Shown here piece after piece: positions 8,705 through 18,683 of a DNA stretch of 27,457 nt. The stretch is from Folioceros fuciformis (lineage: Eukaryota), in NCBI GenBank assembly GCA_049999805.1, contig JBNGIO010005679.1, positions 62,001 through 89,457 on the forward strand. The letters run 5' to 3'. The notes beneath the pieces were generated by a model. That model saw only the letters and a list, made by a program, of their open reading frames with translations, made no database searches and was not told the DNA's origin. Made by a program: the position numbers and the translations under genes. Within the stretch, counting starts at the first letter, position 1, and each line of letters starts with the position of its first letter.

Positions 8705-11614
8705 ATGTGTCACTGGAGAGCGGTCTTCCAGCGAGGAGCGTGGCCGGGAGCGTTCTTGTGGAAACGGTTCTTCACACCAGGGTGGGGTAACAGACCGTCC
8801 GCCTGGGGCTTGCCGGATACTTGGGACCCTCGCAGGTGTGTAGGATGCGAAAGTGGCGTAACTTCTGAAAGCATAAACAAACTATGCCACCAGGGGCAGC
8901 TCAGGGAAGCAGTTGAGTCTCTGGGATTTCTGGTGCACAGAGACCGTCGGGTCTCGAGATCTCTCTTTTTCACGGTCCTGAAAGAGTGTGTTGCTGAGAA
9001 GGATCTACATCTTGGTCGCATTGTCCATGCTCTAGCCGTGAAGGAGGGTTATGGGTCGGACACGTTCTTGTGCACCCACATCCTGCGAATGTATGCTTCT
9101 CACTCCACGTTGAAAGAAGCGATGACTGTGTTCACCATGGTTGCTACACCAGATGCCTTCATGTGGTCTGCTGTGATATCTGCCTATGTGAAACATGGAG
9201 AAGATAAGCAAGCCATACGACTGTATCATCGGATGTGCAGGTCAGGCGTGCAGCCAGATGGCCATGTTTTTGTAGCAGCCCTTCAAGCTTGTGCTAGGGG
9301 ATTAGACTTGAAATCTGGGCAACAGGTGCATGCTGATGTTTTGGCTTGTGGCGTTGAACCTGATGAGTTTGTCTCTGGTTGCTTGGTGGACATGTATGCG
9401 AAATGTGGCAGCTTGGAAGACGCTAAAAGAGTGTTTGACGGGCTCCCACACAAAAGTGTGGTGACGTGGAGTTCCATGATAACAGGGTATGCGCAGCAGG
9501 GCATGGGAAGGGAAGCCCTTCATCTCTACAGGGTTATGCAGGGAGAGGGAATTGTTAAACCGAATTCTGTGATCTTTGTGTCCCTCCTCCAGGCATGTGC
9601 TAGTCTGGGGAGACCTGGTTTGGACGAGGGGAAGCGTCTTCATGCACAAATTAGGGAACACGGGCTTGATGCTGACTTGTTTGTAGGCAGCAGTACGGTA
9701 AACATGTATGCAAAGTGTGGCAGCCTAATAGATGCTCGGAGCGTGTTTGATGGGCTTGATCAGAAAAATGTGGTGACGTGGAATGCCATGCTAGCGGGGT
9801 ATTCCCAGCAGGGCATGGAGCACGAAGCCCTTGATCTCTACAGAGCTATGGAAGAGGAAGGTGTCGTCGTGCCTGTTTCTCTGACATTTGTGTCACTCCT
9901 GCAGGCATGTGCTAAATTGGGCAGCCCGGCTTTAGAGATAGGCAAACACCTTCATGCACAAATTAGACAACGGGGCATTCATGCTGACGTGGTTGTAGCG
10001 AACAGCTTGGTAAATATGTATGCGAAGTGCGGCAGCCCAATGGATGCTCAGGGCGTATTTGATGGACTTGGTCAGAAAGATGTGGTGACATGGAACGCCA
10101 TGATAGGAGGATATGTGAATAAAGGCATGTTGCTTGAAGCGTTTCAAGCCCTTAGTGTCATGAAACAAGGAGGCTTGGCTGCACCCAATTCAGTCACATT
10201 TATGAGTCTCCTCCAGGCGTGTGCAAGAGTAGGCACCCCGGCTTTGAACAAGGGGAAACAGATTCATGAACAAATTAGGGAAAGAGGGCTTCAAGCTAAT
10301 GTCTTTGTAGCCAACAGCTTAATAAACATGTACGCAAAATGCGGCAGCGTACATGATGCTGAGGGTATATTCCATGCATTGCCCGAGAAAGATGTGGCAA
10401 CGTGGAACGCCATGATAGCAGGCTATTCTCAACATGGGATGGGGCAGGAAGCCCTTGGTCTTTACAGGGCTATGCAAGATGGAACTGCTGCACCCGATTC
10501 AGTAACATTTGTATGTCTTCTGCAGGCATGTGCACAATTGGGTACGCCAGGTTTGGAGATGGGAAAGCAGCTACATACGCAAATTAGAGGGCAAGGACTA
10601 GATGCTGATTTGTCAGTAGCCAGCAGCTTGTTGAACATGTATGCTAAATGTGGCAGCTTGGAGAGTGCTCGGGGTTTGTTTGACAAACTCTGTGAAAAGA
10701 ATGTGGTGACGTGGAGTGCCATGATTGCAGGATATTCCCAGCAGGACATGGGACAGGAAGCGCTTCATCTATACAGAACTATGCAAGACGAAGGAATTGT
10801 TGCACTCGATTCTGTTACATTTGTTTGCCTCCTACAGGCATGTGCCAGTGTGGCAGCTTTGCACCTAGGAAGGCAGCTTCATGCACATATAAAAGTTCAG
10901 AAGCTGCAAGGCGAGCCTATCATGCGCAACAGTTTGATAAACATGTACGCAAAATCGGGGAGCATGCTTGATGCACAGCAGGTGTTCGATGAATTGCCAG
11001 AAAGAGATGTTGTCACATGGACTGCACTGATTGCAGGATACACTAGTCAAGGGGAAAGCAACGAGGTATTTGACTTGTTTCTCAGGATGAGAGAAGATGG
11101 CATCGAACCTGATGGCATCACGTTCCTTAGTGTTCTAACAGCATGCAGTCATAAGGGCCTAGTGAACAAAGCGGGAGAGTACTTTGAAGCCATGATAAAA
11201 AATTATCGCATCACTCCCACGCCAGAGCACTACACATGCATGGTAGATCTCCTGGGTCGAGCAGGGCAGTTGGACGAGGCACTAGCATTGATAAGGACGA
11301 TGCCTGTACAGCCTGATGCTGCAGTCTGGCATGCTCTTCTCGGTGCTTGTCAAAAGTGGAACAACGTGGAGGTGGGACGCCATGCATTTCATGAAGCAGT
11401 CAAGCTCGACTTGAAAGATGGCGTAGCATATGTGTTGATGTCCAACATATATAGTGGTGTCCAGATGTGGGAACAGTCACAGGAGATGAAATTGAGGAGA
11501 ACAAGAAACAAGGCATGGAAGCAGCCAGGCCAGAGCTGGTGGACAGACATGGACGGGCTCGTTCATAGTTTTCTGGTTGGGGATAAGAATGGTTGTGTGG
11601 GTGGGAGATATTGA
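8705..11614 (+). CDS. PLS-class PPR protein (23 PLS motifs, E1, E2, WW-type PG box, truncated right after it), 969 aa
   Basis: Intronless ATG ORF with an Arg/Trp-rich N-terminus (possible transit peptide), seven L-S-P triplets, L2, S2, E1, E2, ending KQPGQSWWTDMDGLVHSFLVGDKNGCVGGRY*. Confidence 0.93.
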   Translation: MCHWRAVFQRGAWPGAFLWKRFFTPGWGNRPSAWGLPDTWDPRRCVGCESGVTSESINKLCHQGQLREAVESLGFLVHRDRRVSRSLFFTVLKECVAEKDLHLGRIVHALAVKEGYGSDTFLCTHILRMYASHSTLKEAMTVFTMVATPDAFMWSAVISAYVKHGEDKQAIRLYHRMCRSGVQPDGHVFVAALQACARGLDLKSGQQVHADVLACGVEPDEFVSGCLVDMYAKCGSLEDAKRVFDGLPHKSVVTWSSMITGYAQQGMGREALHLYRVMQGEGIVKPNSVIFVSLLQACASLGRPGLDEGKRLHAQIREHGLDADLFVGSSTVNMYAKCGSLIDARSVFDGLDQKNVVTWNAMLAGYSQQGMEHEALDLYRAMEEEGVVVPVSLTFVSLLQACAKLGSPALEIGKHLHAQIRQRGIHADVVVANSLVNMYAKCGSPMDAQGVFDGLGQKDVVTWNAMIGGYVNKGMLLEAFQALSVMKQGGLAAPNSVTFMSLLQACARVGTPALNKGKQIHEQIRERGLQANVFVANSLINMYAKCGSVHDAEGIFHALPEKDVATWNAMIAGYSQHGMGQEALGLYRAMQDGTAAPDSVTFVCLLQACAQLGTPGLEMGKQLHTQIRGQGLDADLSVASSLLNMYAKCGSLESARGLFDKLCEKNVVTWSAMIAGYSQQDMGQEALHLYRTMQDEGIVALDSVTFVCLLQACASVAALHLGRQLHAHIKVQKLQGEPIMRNSLINMYAKSGSMLDAQQVFDELPERDVVTWTALIAGYTSQGESNEVFDLFLRMREDGIEPDGITFLSVLTACSHKGLVNKAGEYFEAMIKNYRITPTPEHYTCMVDLLGRAGQLDEALALIRTMPVQPDAAVWHALLGACQKWNNVEVGRHAFHEAVKLDLKDGVAYVLMSNIYSGVQMWEQSQEMKLRRTRNKAWKQPGQSWWTDMDGLVHSFLVGDKNGCVGGRY

Positions 11615-12317
11615 AGCAGTGGATGAGTAATGAAGTATTCTGGGCATTTCATCCACCGCAGGCTGCATTGTTTTCAAACATGCACACAGTTTTCTGAGTA
11701 GGGTTTGTGAGAGGCTTTTGGTCAGGCATCGAAGAGTTTGCTGATTGAACAACGGAATAGTTTTCTGGCTGAGGATTAGAATAGCTTTCTCGATGAAGTT
11801 TAACTGTGAAATTCACACCTAGAAGGCTTCACCACTGATCACAAGGGTTGAAGGACATTGTGTGCAACTGAATTAAAGAAAACTTTGGCACAGACGTGCG
11901 AATTTGCGCTCGGTGGTGCATTTGGTGGTAAACGGCGTCTAAATTTCCTGAGAAGGCGGCCCTTCCGGGAATGAAGCATCAGCGGCCTTCGGCCGAACCT
12001 GGAACTACTTGGTTTGGCCCCCGCAACTGCCGCAACCGTTTTACCCATCGAACTGGCCTCACAAGCAGCTTTCACGGGGCTGGGAGCGTGCGGCGAGAAA
12101 TGTGGCTGGATTCCCAGCCCTGAGCACCAAGGCTAACTCCAGGCGGGTTCGCGAGGCGCCACGATCAGAAGCCGCATCGTGGCCCTGCGGCTGTATTTGA
12201 TGGAGCCTGCATGATGCTTTTGGCATCGGATTCTGGTTGTCATTCAAAACTCGGTGTGCGAGAACTCCACCGTCAGCTCGGAGTTCCTGCAGGTGTCGGA
12301 ACTGGTCGCTCAGAGCC

Positions 12318-14074
12318 ATGGGCCCGACTTCCGGGTGTGGCACAATCAATGCTGCAGCTGCAGCATTGGGCTTGTGGGTGTGTGTCGTTTCAGGCTGCAA
12401 TGCTGGTGCTGCAGCAGGAATCTTTGGTGCAGCAGAGTACCAGGAGGCACTTTCCAAGACCATCCTCTTCTACGAGGGCCAGCGATCTGGGCCGCTGCCC
12501 ACGTCCCAGAGATTGACGTGGAGGGGGGATTCTGGCTTGACTGACGGATCGTCATCCAACGTAGATTTGGTGGGAGGATACTATGATGCTGGCGACAATG
12601 TCAAGTTCGGCCTGCCCATGGCCTTCACCATCACGCTGCTGTCGTGGACTGTGATCGAGAAGGGCAAGGAGCTGGCTGCAGCGGGAGAGATGACGCACGC
12701 ACAAGACGCCATCCGTTGGGGGACTGACTACCTGCTCAAAGCTCACACGGGACCGAGCGAGCTGTACGTTCAGGTGGCGGACCCGACCAAGGATCATGCG
12801 TGCTGGCAGAGGCCCGAGGACATGCAGACGGACCGCACTGCCTACAAAATTGACGCCACCAATCCAGGCTCCGACGCTGCTGCGGAAACGGCTGCCGCTC
12901 TGGCTGCGGCCTCCATTGTGTTCCAGGCCCGTGACGCGCAGTACTCAGCTACGCTTTTAGCACATGCCAATGAGCTCTTCGCTTTCGCGGACGAGCACAG
13001 AGCTGCATACAGCGATGGGTCGCTCAAGTCACAAGTGTGCCCATTCTACTGCTCTTACTCGGGGTTCAAGGATGAGCTGTTGTGGGGAGCAGCCTGGCTG
13101 TACAAGGCATCCAGGGACGACAAGTACCTGCAATACCTGGTGGACAACAGCGAGGCGCTGGGCGGGGCCACCACCTCCGCCCCCACTCTCAGCTGGGATA
13201 ACAAATATGCGGGCGCTCAAGTCCTGGCTGCACAATTCTTCCTCGCGGGCAAGGCCGATGGGCTGCAGGGCTACAAGCAGCAAGCCGATGCGTTCGTGTG
13301 CATCATCATGCCAGGCGTCTCTGCAGCCAAATATACTCCTGGTACGCAATGCTCAACTTCACACATCTATTTGAACGCTGTTCCCTAGGCTTGCCATGCG
13401 GAAGATTGTATGAAAGGTCACTGACAGATCATCGCTTGCATTGATGGTGAACCTTAAGTGATGTGCTGCAGGCGGGCTCTTCTACTTCGCGGCAGGCAGC
13501 AACCTACAGTACGTGACCGCATCTTCCTTCCTCCTCCTCGTCTACGCCAAGTACCTGGACTCATCGAAGCAGGCGGTCACCTGTGGCACCACGACCATCA
13601 CTCCCGCCCAGCTTTGTGCCCAGGCCAAAACCCAGGTACACTTGGGATATCTCCTCTGGGTTCTCCATCTGTCTCCAATGAATTTCAGATTGTTCGTTTC
13701 GCCTGAGGTTCCGACTCCTGATCGCGTATCGCAATTCATGATGCCTGCTGCAGGTGGACTACATTCTGGGGGACAATCCTCACAGCATGTCGTACATGGT
13801 CGGATTTGGATCCAGCTTCCCACAGCGGGTTCACCATCGGGCGGCTTCAGTGCCTTGCATCAAGACTCACCCTGCCGAGATCGCCTGCTCTGACAGCTTC
13901 TCCTACTACAAGGCCAGCACCGCCGACCCCAATCGGCTGACAGGGGGCATTGTGGGAGGACCCGACGAGGCCGATGCTTATGGCGATGACCGCAGCAACT
14001 ACGGGCAGGCTGAGCCCACCACTTACATCAACGCTGGCATGGTGGGCCTCTTGGCACACCTTGGTGCAGCCTGA
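12318..14074 (+). CDS. Glycoside hydrolase family 9 endo-1,4-beta-glucanase (class B type, no CBM), 502 aa; exons 12318-13341, 13472-13635, 13754-14074
   Basis: Motifs FYEGQRSG, GGYYDAGDNVKFGLPM (catalytic Asp pair), DELLWGAAWL, VHHR and AEPTTYINA (catalytic Glu). GT-AG introns 13342-13471 and 13636-13753 join in frame (YTP-GGL; KTQ-VDYILG). Hydrophobic N-terminus. Confidence 0.95.
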
Positions 14075-14801
14075 TGCTCTTCACACTGAAGCGTCGGATG
14101 GTCTCCACCCAAGCTTGTATCATATATGTGGAAATTTAGTCCAGTTACTGTAGTTAGTTGCTAGCGTTGTGGCCGGAGGGCCTATGCTCTTTGCAGAGCA
14201 TTAGGTGCCTTCCTGGGCTGCCCTTAGGCAGATCGTTGCTCATCGTTGTGTAGCTCGAAGTTGTGGAAACAACTGAGAAGTTGCACCAATTCAATCTTGG
14301 CCGTTGACATGCATCTCCATCTAAGAGATATTTAATCTGTCCACAAACTTCAAATCTGGGCTGAAAGGTTTTTCAGTTTACAACCTGAAGTCCTTGTCCT
14401 TCCTGGCTTGGTTTCTTTCACGCGAATCCCAACCACGTTCCTTCAGGCGCTATGCAGGCAGGAAGGAGCTGTACACATTGAGGTACAGACTGTGACAATC
14501 TGCTCTGCAACCCAATTCCTGACTACCCTTAAAATCTTGGGCTGAATGCCTTCACCTTGGACTTCGTTGGCATGTCCTACAACAGCCCTATTTTATGCAC
14601 ACACACATACACGTTGTGGCACAACATCAAAGGAACATAATTTGTGTGTTCCAAAATGACAGATCTTTGACGACCAGGAGGAAGGTCCGACTATGCATCA
14701 CCCACAAACCATTTCCATGGTTGTACATATATTGTTTGTGTATTTAGCTGACCTTTATCGGGCCCCGATCGCTTGTCTTCATCGACGGAATGCACAAAGC
14801 T

Positions 14802-15946
14802 TTAACGGAACGCAGCGTGAAGCAATGCAGCCCCAGCAGGTACAGAGGCGCGTGCCCTGGGAGATAAGGGTCGGCTATCATCGTACAGGTTTACACAGTT
14901 TTTCACCACGCGGTTTGATCTCTGGAGGTTATGGTGAGGGCTAGCTGAAGGTCCATTAAGGATCCATTCCATGATGGGAGATGACATTGGATCCCTTTCG
15001 TCATCTTTCGGTGTCGAGCAGTTTTCCGCACCATTGTGAGGAGGGGATGCGAGCAAATTCATGACATTCATGCTCTCAAATAAAGAGCGACAGCAGCACG
15101 GCTGTGATGTCTGTCCTGAATCTGGACCCAAAAGACCAATGCTGTTATTACTTGGAGCCCTGCGGCAGCAGCTGGAACTGGTCGAAGCTGCTCTACTGCT
15201 ATCTAGGTGGGAAGTGCTGATTATGTCCAGGTCAGAGATGCCAAGTTCAGGGTAGGCGGGACCGAGGTCGAGAGCAGGGAAATCGTCCACGTTCAAGTTG
15301 TAGGGGGGAAGTTCCGGCATCAGATTGTCCTTCCATTCGGGTGACTTGTCCGATTCCACCTCCTTCAGTCGTTTGACCTGGAGGGCACTTGGACGACCTC
15401 ATGTTAGGCAGAGCCAATCGAGCATTCCAACAAGGTCACAGGGTGCATCAAAATAATACAAGTGCGAAACGCTGACAGCATAGAGGTCAAAGAAAGGGAC
15501 AAGCATCAATTTCCTTCAATGTCGACATCCAAGAATGATGAATCCCGTGGGAGGCATCAGGACGACAAGAAACAAACGGAATTTACCTCCTCGGCGAGTT
15601 TCTGTTTCTCATCTAGCAACGCATTGTACTTGGCCTTGAAGGCGAGGTACTCAGCCTTGAGAAGCAGGAAGTCTTTCTCCAGCTGCTTCCCCTTCCATCT
15701 CGCGCGGCGGTTTTGGAACCAAATCGCCACCTGTCGCGGTTGCAAAGACAGCTCTCTGGCCAGCCGGAGCTTAGTTTCCTGCTCCAATCTGGGGCCCTGT
15801 GTGACGAAGTTGTGCTCCAACACCCGCACTTCCTTAGCCGTGAGCCTCCGCTTGGAGGTCTTACACTGCCCGGCCAATTCTTCCTCTCCAGCAAATCCAG
15901 CATCCACGGAGTCCGCCCCGGCGTGGCCACTCAAGTCCTCCGCCAT
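14802..15946 (-). CDS. Class I homeodomain-leucine zipper transcription factor, ~311 aa; exons 15946-15587 and 15377-14802
   Basis: KRRLT...LQPRQVAIWFQNRRARWKGKQLEKDF followed by a leucine zipper. Phase-0 intron 15586-15378 (GTAAAT...CTAAC...CAG) joins LAEE to VKRLKE. The 5' end and the far C-terminus are less certain. Confidence 0.9.
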
Positions 15947-16503
15947 GGACACAGGACTCCCGGGACGGCATTGACGCCGCCGCCAGCGGAGGCCGCTTAA
16001 GAGGAGTCATGCCGCGGCCCCTGAAGCTGGCTGTGAGCTCACAGGCCAACAGCGCAATCTAAATCTGGATTGCCATGCAAACCCGCGGTCAAAGCATCAG
16101 GACCGGGCTGCTCGCGGGCTCCCGTCCCGCGGAGAGAGAATAGCGACTGGTAGCCTAACCCCCTATCAGACAACCCTAAAAACACCATGTCCATGTGGCA
16201 CACGGATAACGAACGCGGAAACACCAATCGCCTGACCCCAAGCCACGACCTCCACGACCCTCATGGCTGCTGCCAGTAACGCCGGAACTCCTCATCTCCC
16301 CGGAGAGCAAAACGTATTGGCCTGTTTCCGCCATCTGCCATTTCCTTTGCTCGTAACACTGCGGGCTCGGTCTCGGAATGGACTCTTCTCAATAAAAAGC
16401 TTATAAAAAGCTTAAAACATAGTATTAGAGCCAGATTTCGATCCCGATCCTAGGACTCCATGTACCATAGAAGCTTTCCGGGAAGGTAACTGGTGTGACT
16501 TGT

Positions 16504-16645
16504 TGTCCCCAAGCGTCCACCTCATGTCCCCAAGCGTCTACCTTGTGTCCCCAAGCGTCCATCTTGTGTCCCCAAGCGTCCATCTTGTNNNNNNNNNNCC
16601 AAGCGTCCATCTTGTGTCCCCAAGCGTCCATCTTGTGTCCCCAAG
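16504..16645. repeat. 21-bp minisatellite (TGTCCCCAAGCGTCCATCTTG)n, about 7 visible full or partial units, spanning an assembly gap at 16589-16598
   Basis: Head-to-tail copies start at 16504, 16525, 16546, 16567, (gap), 16615 and 16636, with no unique spacers. Confidence 0.95.
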
Positions 16646-16679
16646 ATACAACTATCCTTGAGACGCGATGATAATTTTA

Positions 16680-16900
16680 CATAAAGTGATGACATGCTTT
16701 TATCCTTACTAGATAAGGCTCTTGCACCTCCTCAACAATTGAAACAATGAAGAGGTGTTCTTCTTGCTCACTAATTTGTCCTACAATCCCTGCATAATAT
16801 TTAGGCTTCTTGCAATAATGGCAAGTATCCCATGTCTTCTTGCCTTTCTCCTTCGAAGTTGGCTTGTGAGGTACTCTACTCAAAAAAAGGAAAACTATCA
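16680..16900 (-). mobile_element. Degenerate LTR-retrotransposon gag zinc-knuckle fragment (Copia-like)
   Basis: Minus strand KEKGKKTWDTCHYCKKPKYYA followed, after a 1-nt shift, by (R)DCR = decayed CX2CX4HX4C. AT-rich, CpG-depleted. Confidence 0.6.
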
Positions 16901-17019
16901 AGGAAGACCTCACAAGCCACTTGAAACTTGAAGGAGAAAGGCACAAAAAAGTCAAGCTTAGGCAAGGTAATTAATTGAGATATTAGGATCTAGGATAGTA
17001 ATAAAAAGTGGCTTAGCCA

Positions 17020-17252
17020 TTGAATATAGTGAAGAGAATTTTTCTAACATTGACTGCACTTAGTGTGTATTTTTCTCACTAGCAATGACTAGAAGGGTTA
17101 TCCTCTTAGAGGAGTTATATTCTTCCCCAATAGGCTAAACTCTTGCTTGGGCTACCCTTAACACAATGACTTGTCGTGGTATAACTAAGGCTACACCAAT
17201 TCATTGTTGGCTATTGACTATTATTATCTCAACTTGACGTCCCTCTACCCAC
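17020..17252 (+). repeat. Diverged paralogous copy of the GH9 3' flank (about 14120-14345), continuing after the retrotransposon at 22801-22910
   Basis: CACCAATTCATTGTTGGCTATTGAC (~17194) vs CACCAATTCAATCTTGGCCGTTGAC (~14284); TGGGCTACCCTTA vs TGGGCTGCCCTTA; CCACAAACTTCAAATCTGG at 22802 and 14341. Confidence 0.75.
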
Positions 17253-17451
17253 TAAAAGAAAACTCAATCCGGAGTTACAGAAACCTGCAAGTCGGTTACC
17301 TTTCACTTGTATAAAAGACTCTCCTGAAACAATGACTTGTGTTCAATACATGTCCTTTCCTTATTCCTCTTGTGCTCACCACTCTCATACTTAGATCTCT
17401 TTGCTTGCTATAATGCCCACTGTCAAATAAGTCTTGGCTCAAAGTCCTTTA
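17253..17451 (+). repeat. 5' LTR (199 bp)
   Basis: TAAAAGAAAACT...AAAGTCCTTTA; aligns to the 3' LTR except for a ~29-bp deletion between two GTTAC microhomologies. Confidence 0.88.
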
Positions 17452-17463
17452 TGGTATGAGAGT
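17452..17463 (+). other. Primer-binding site (tRNA-iMet type)
   Basis: TGGTATGAGAGT, 10/12 match to TGGTATCAGAGC, directly after the 5' LTR. Confidence 0.8.
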
Positions 17464-18683
17464 CACTTATGAAATCGGTGAGCGAACACACTTCAAGGAT
17501 TTGAATCCCAGGAAAAATGCCAAGAGGAAAGCATAGTGGAGCACCTGCCCTACAATGCACTATGCAAGCTAAGTTGCTCCCACCCAACCCTCTGTTATGC
17601 CCAGACTGTTAAGCAACAAAAGAACGTGGGAAGCGTCTAGGACCACTGCCATGTAGAGTGGAAGCAATAGCCACCTTGCTAGACAACCAATGTCTACCNN
17701 NNNNNNNNTGTAGAGTGGAAGCAATAGCCACCTTGCTAGACAACCAATGTCTACCTAGAGTCCTATCGAAGTAGCGAGGAAGTTTCTATCAAAGAAAAAA
17801 TCAGCAAATGCTACCACAAATGAGCTATTTGAGTGCGAAGCAGTTCTTTGACAAGAAATTTCCTTGTTTACAAATTTGTAAGCCATCAACTTTAAAGTTG
17901 ATGCAAGCATAGGAGAACCTCATTCATTAGTTGTTAGGTAACATTATGATACTCGATTGCAATTGCAATGATTTTGCATCGAAGACGAATCTTCACTTCG
18001 TAGAGAGTCATCTTCTACAAACCCATATGTCTGTATGTCTATGCAAGACACTTCAGATTCCGAGTCGAAGGATAGAGTCTTTCATCTTTCATCTTTGTTC
18101 TCTAATTTAGAAGAAAATACTATTTGGGATTTCCCCTTGGCAGTAGTTTTGTAAAGAGTTTAGAGTCGATCGGCAACTTCTCTAGTCCCTTCAGCCATGT
18201 CTAACCCACTTGTTTTGGCACCACTCAAAATTAAGTTCAAAGATAGAGCTAAATTTAATGATACTGACTACCATATTTCATTTTTGAGGCTAACAGGGTT
18301 TCTCAAGCTTTCACTCCATTCGTCCCAACACCCAGTAATAAGCAATTTGTTCTTTTGGGTGATGATAGTGAACTTTCTATTAGGGAACTTGAATTGTCAC
18401 TATTGAACTGACAAGATTAGGCTAACTCACTCTTTTTTGTAAACTATTAAATTTTGTCCCAACCATGACAAAAAAACTAATGTTTGTCATGAAGCTTGCA
18501 TAGGAACATATACGTTAAGTATGTTTCAACAAAGAAGGATGTGAAGTCTGATATGCAAGTACTAATTAGATCCTTTTTTCTGGCACATCTTCAATAAGGT
18601 ATGTCTCTTATATGTGATGTGCATAGCTGGAGTGGGAGCATCCGCATGTGCTGTCCAAAACACCTTTTCTCAAAGCAGCTAAG

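Noticed and set aside
1452-11050. Numerous antisense and alternate-frame ORFs within the PPR genes
   Set aside because: They are shadows of the repetitive PPR coding sequence and recur with the triplet period.
16504-16645. CRISPR array, or a (KMDAWGH)n repeat protein
   Set aside because: Units are contiguous with no spacers, the context is eukaryotic, and the ORF arises simply from a stop-free 21-bp unit.
17652-17755. Exact 47-bp direct repeat
   Set aside because: The copies sit on either side of the 10-N gap (17699-17708), typical of an unmerged contig overlap.
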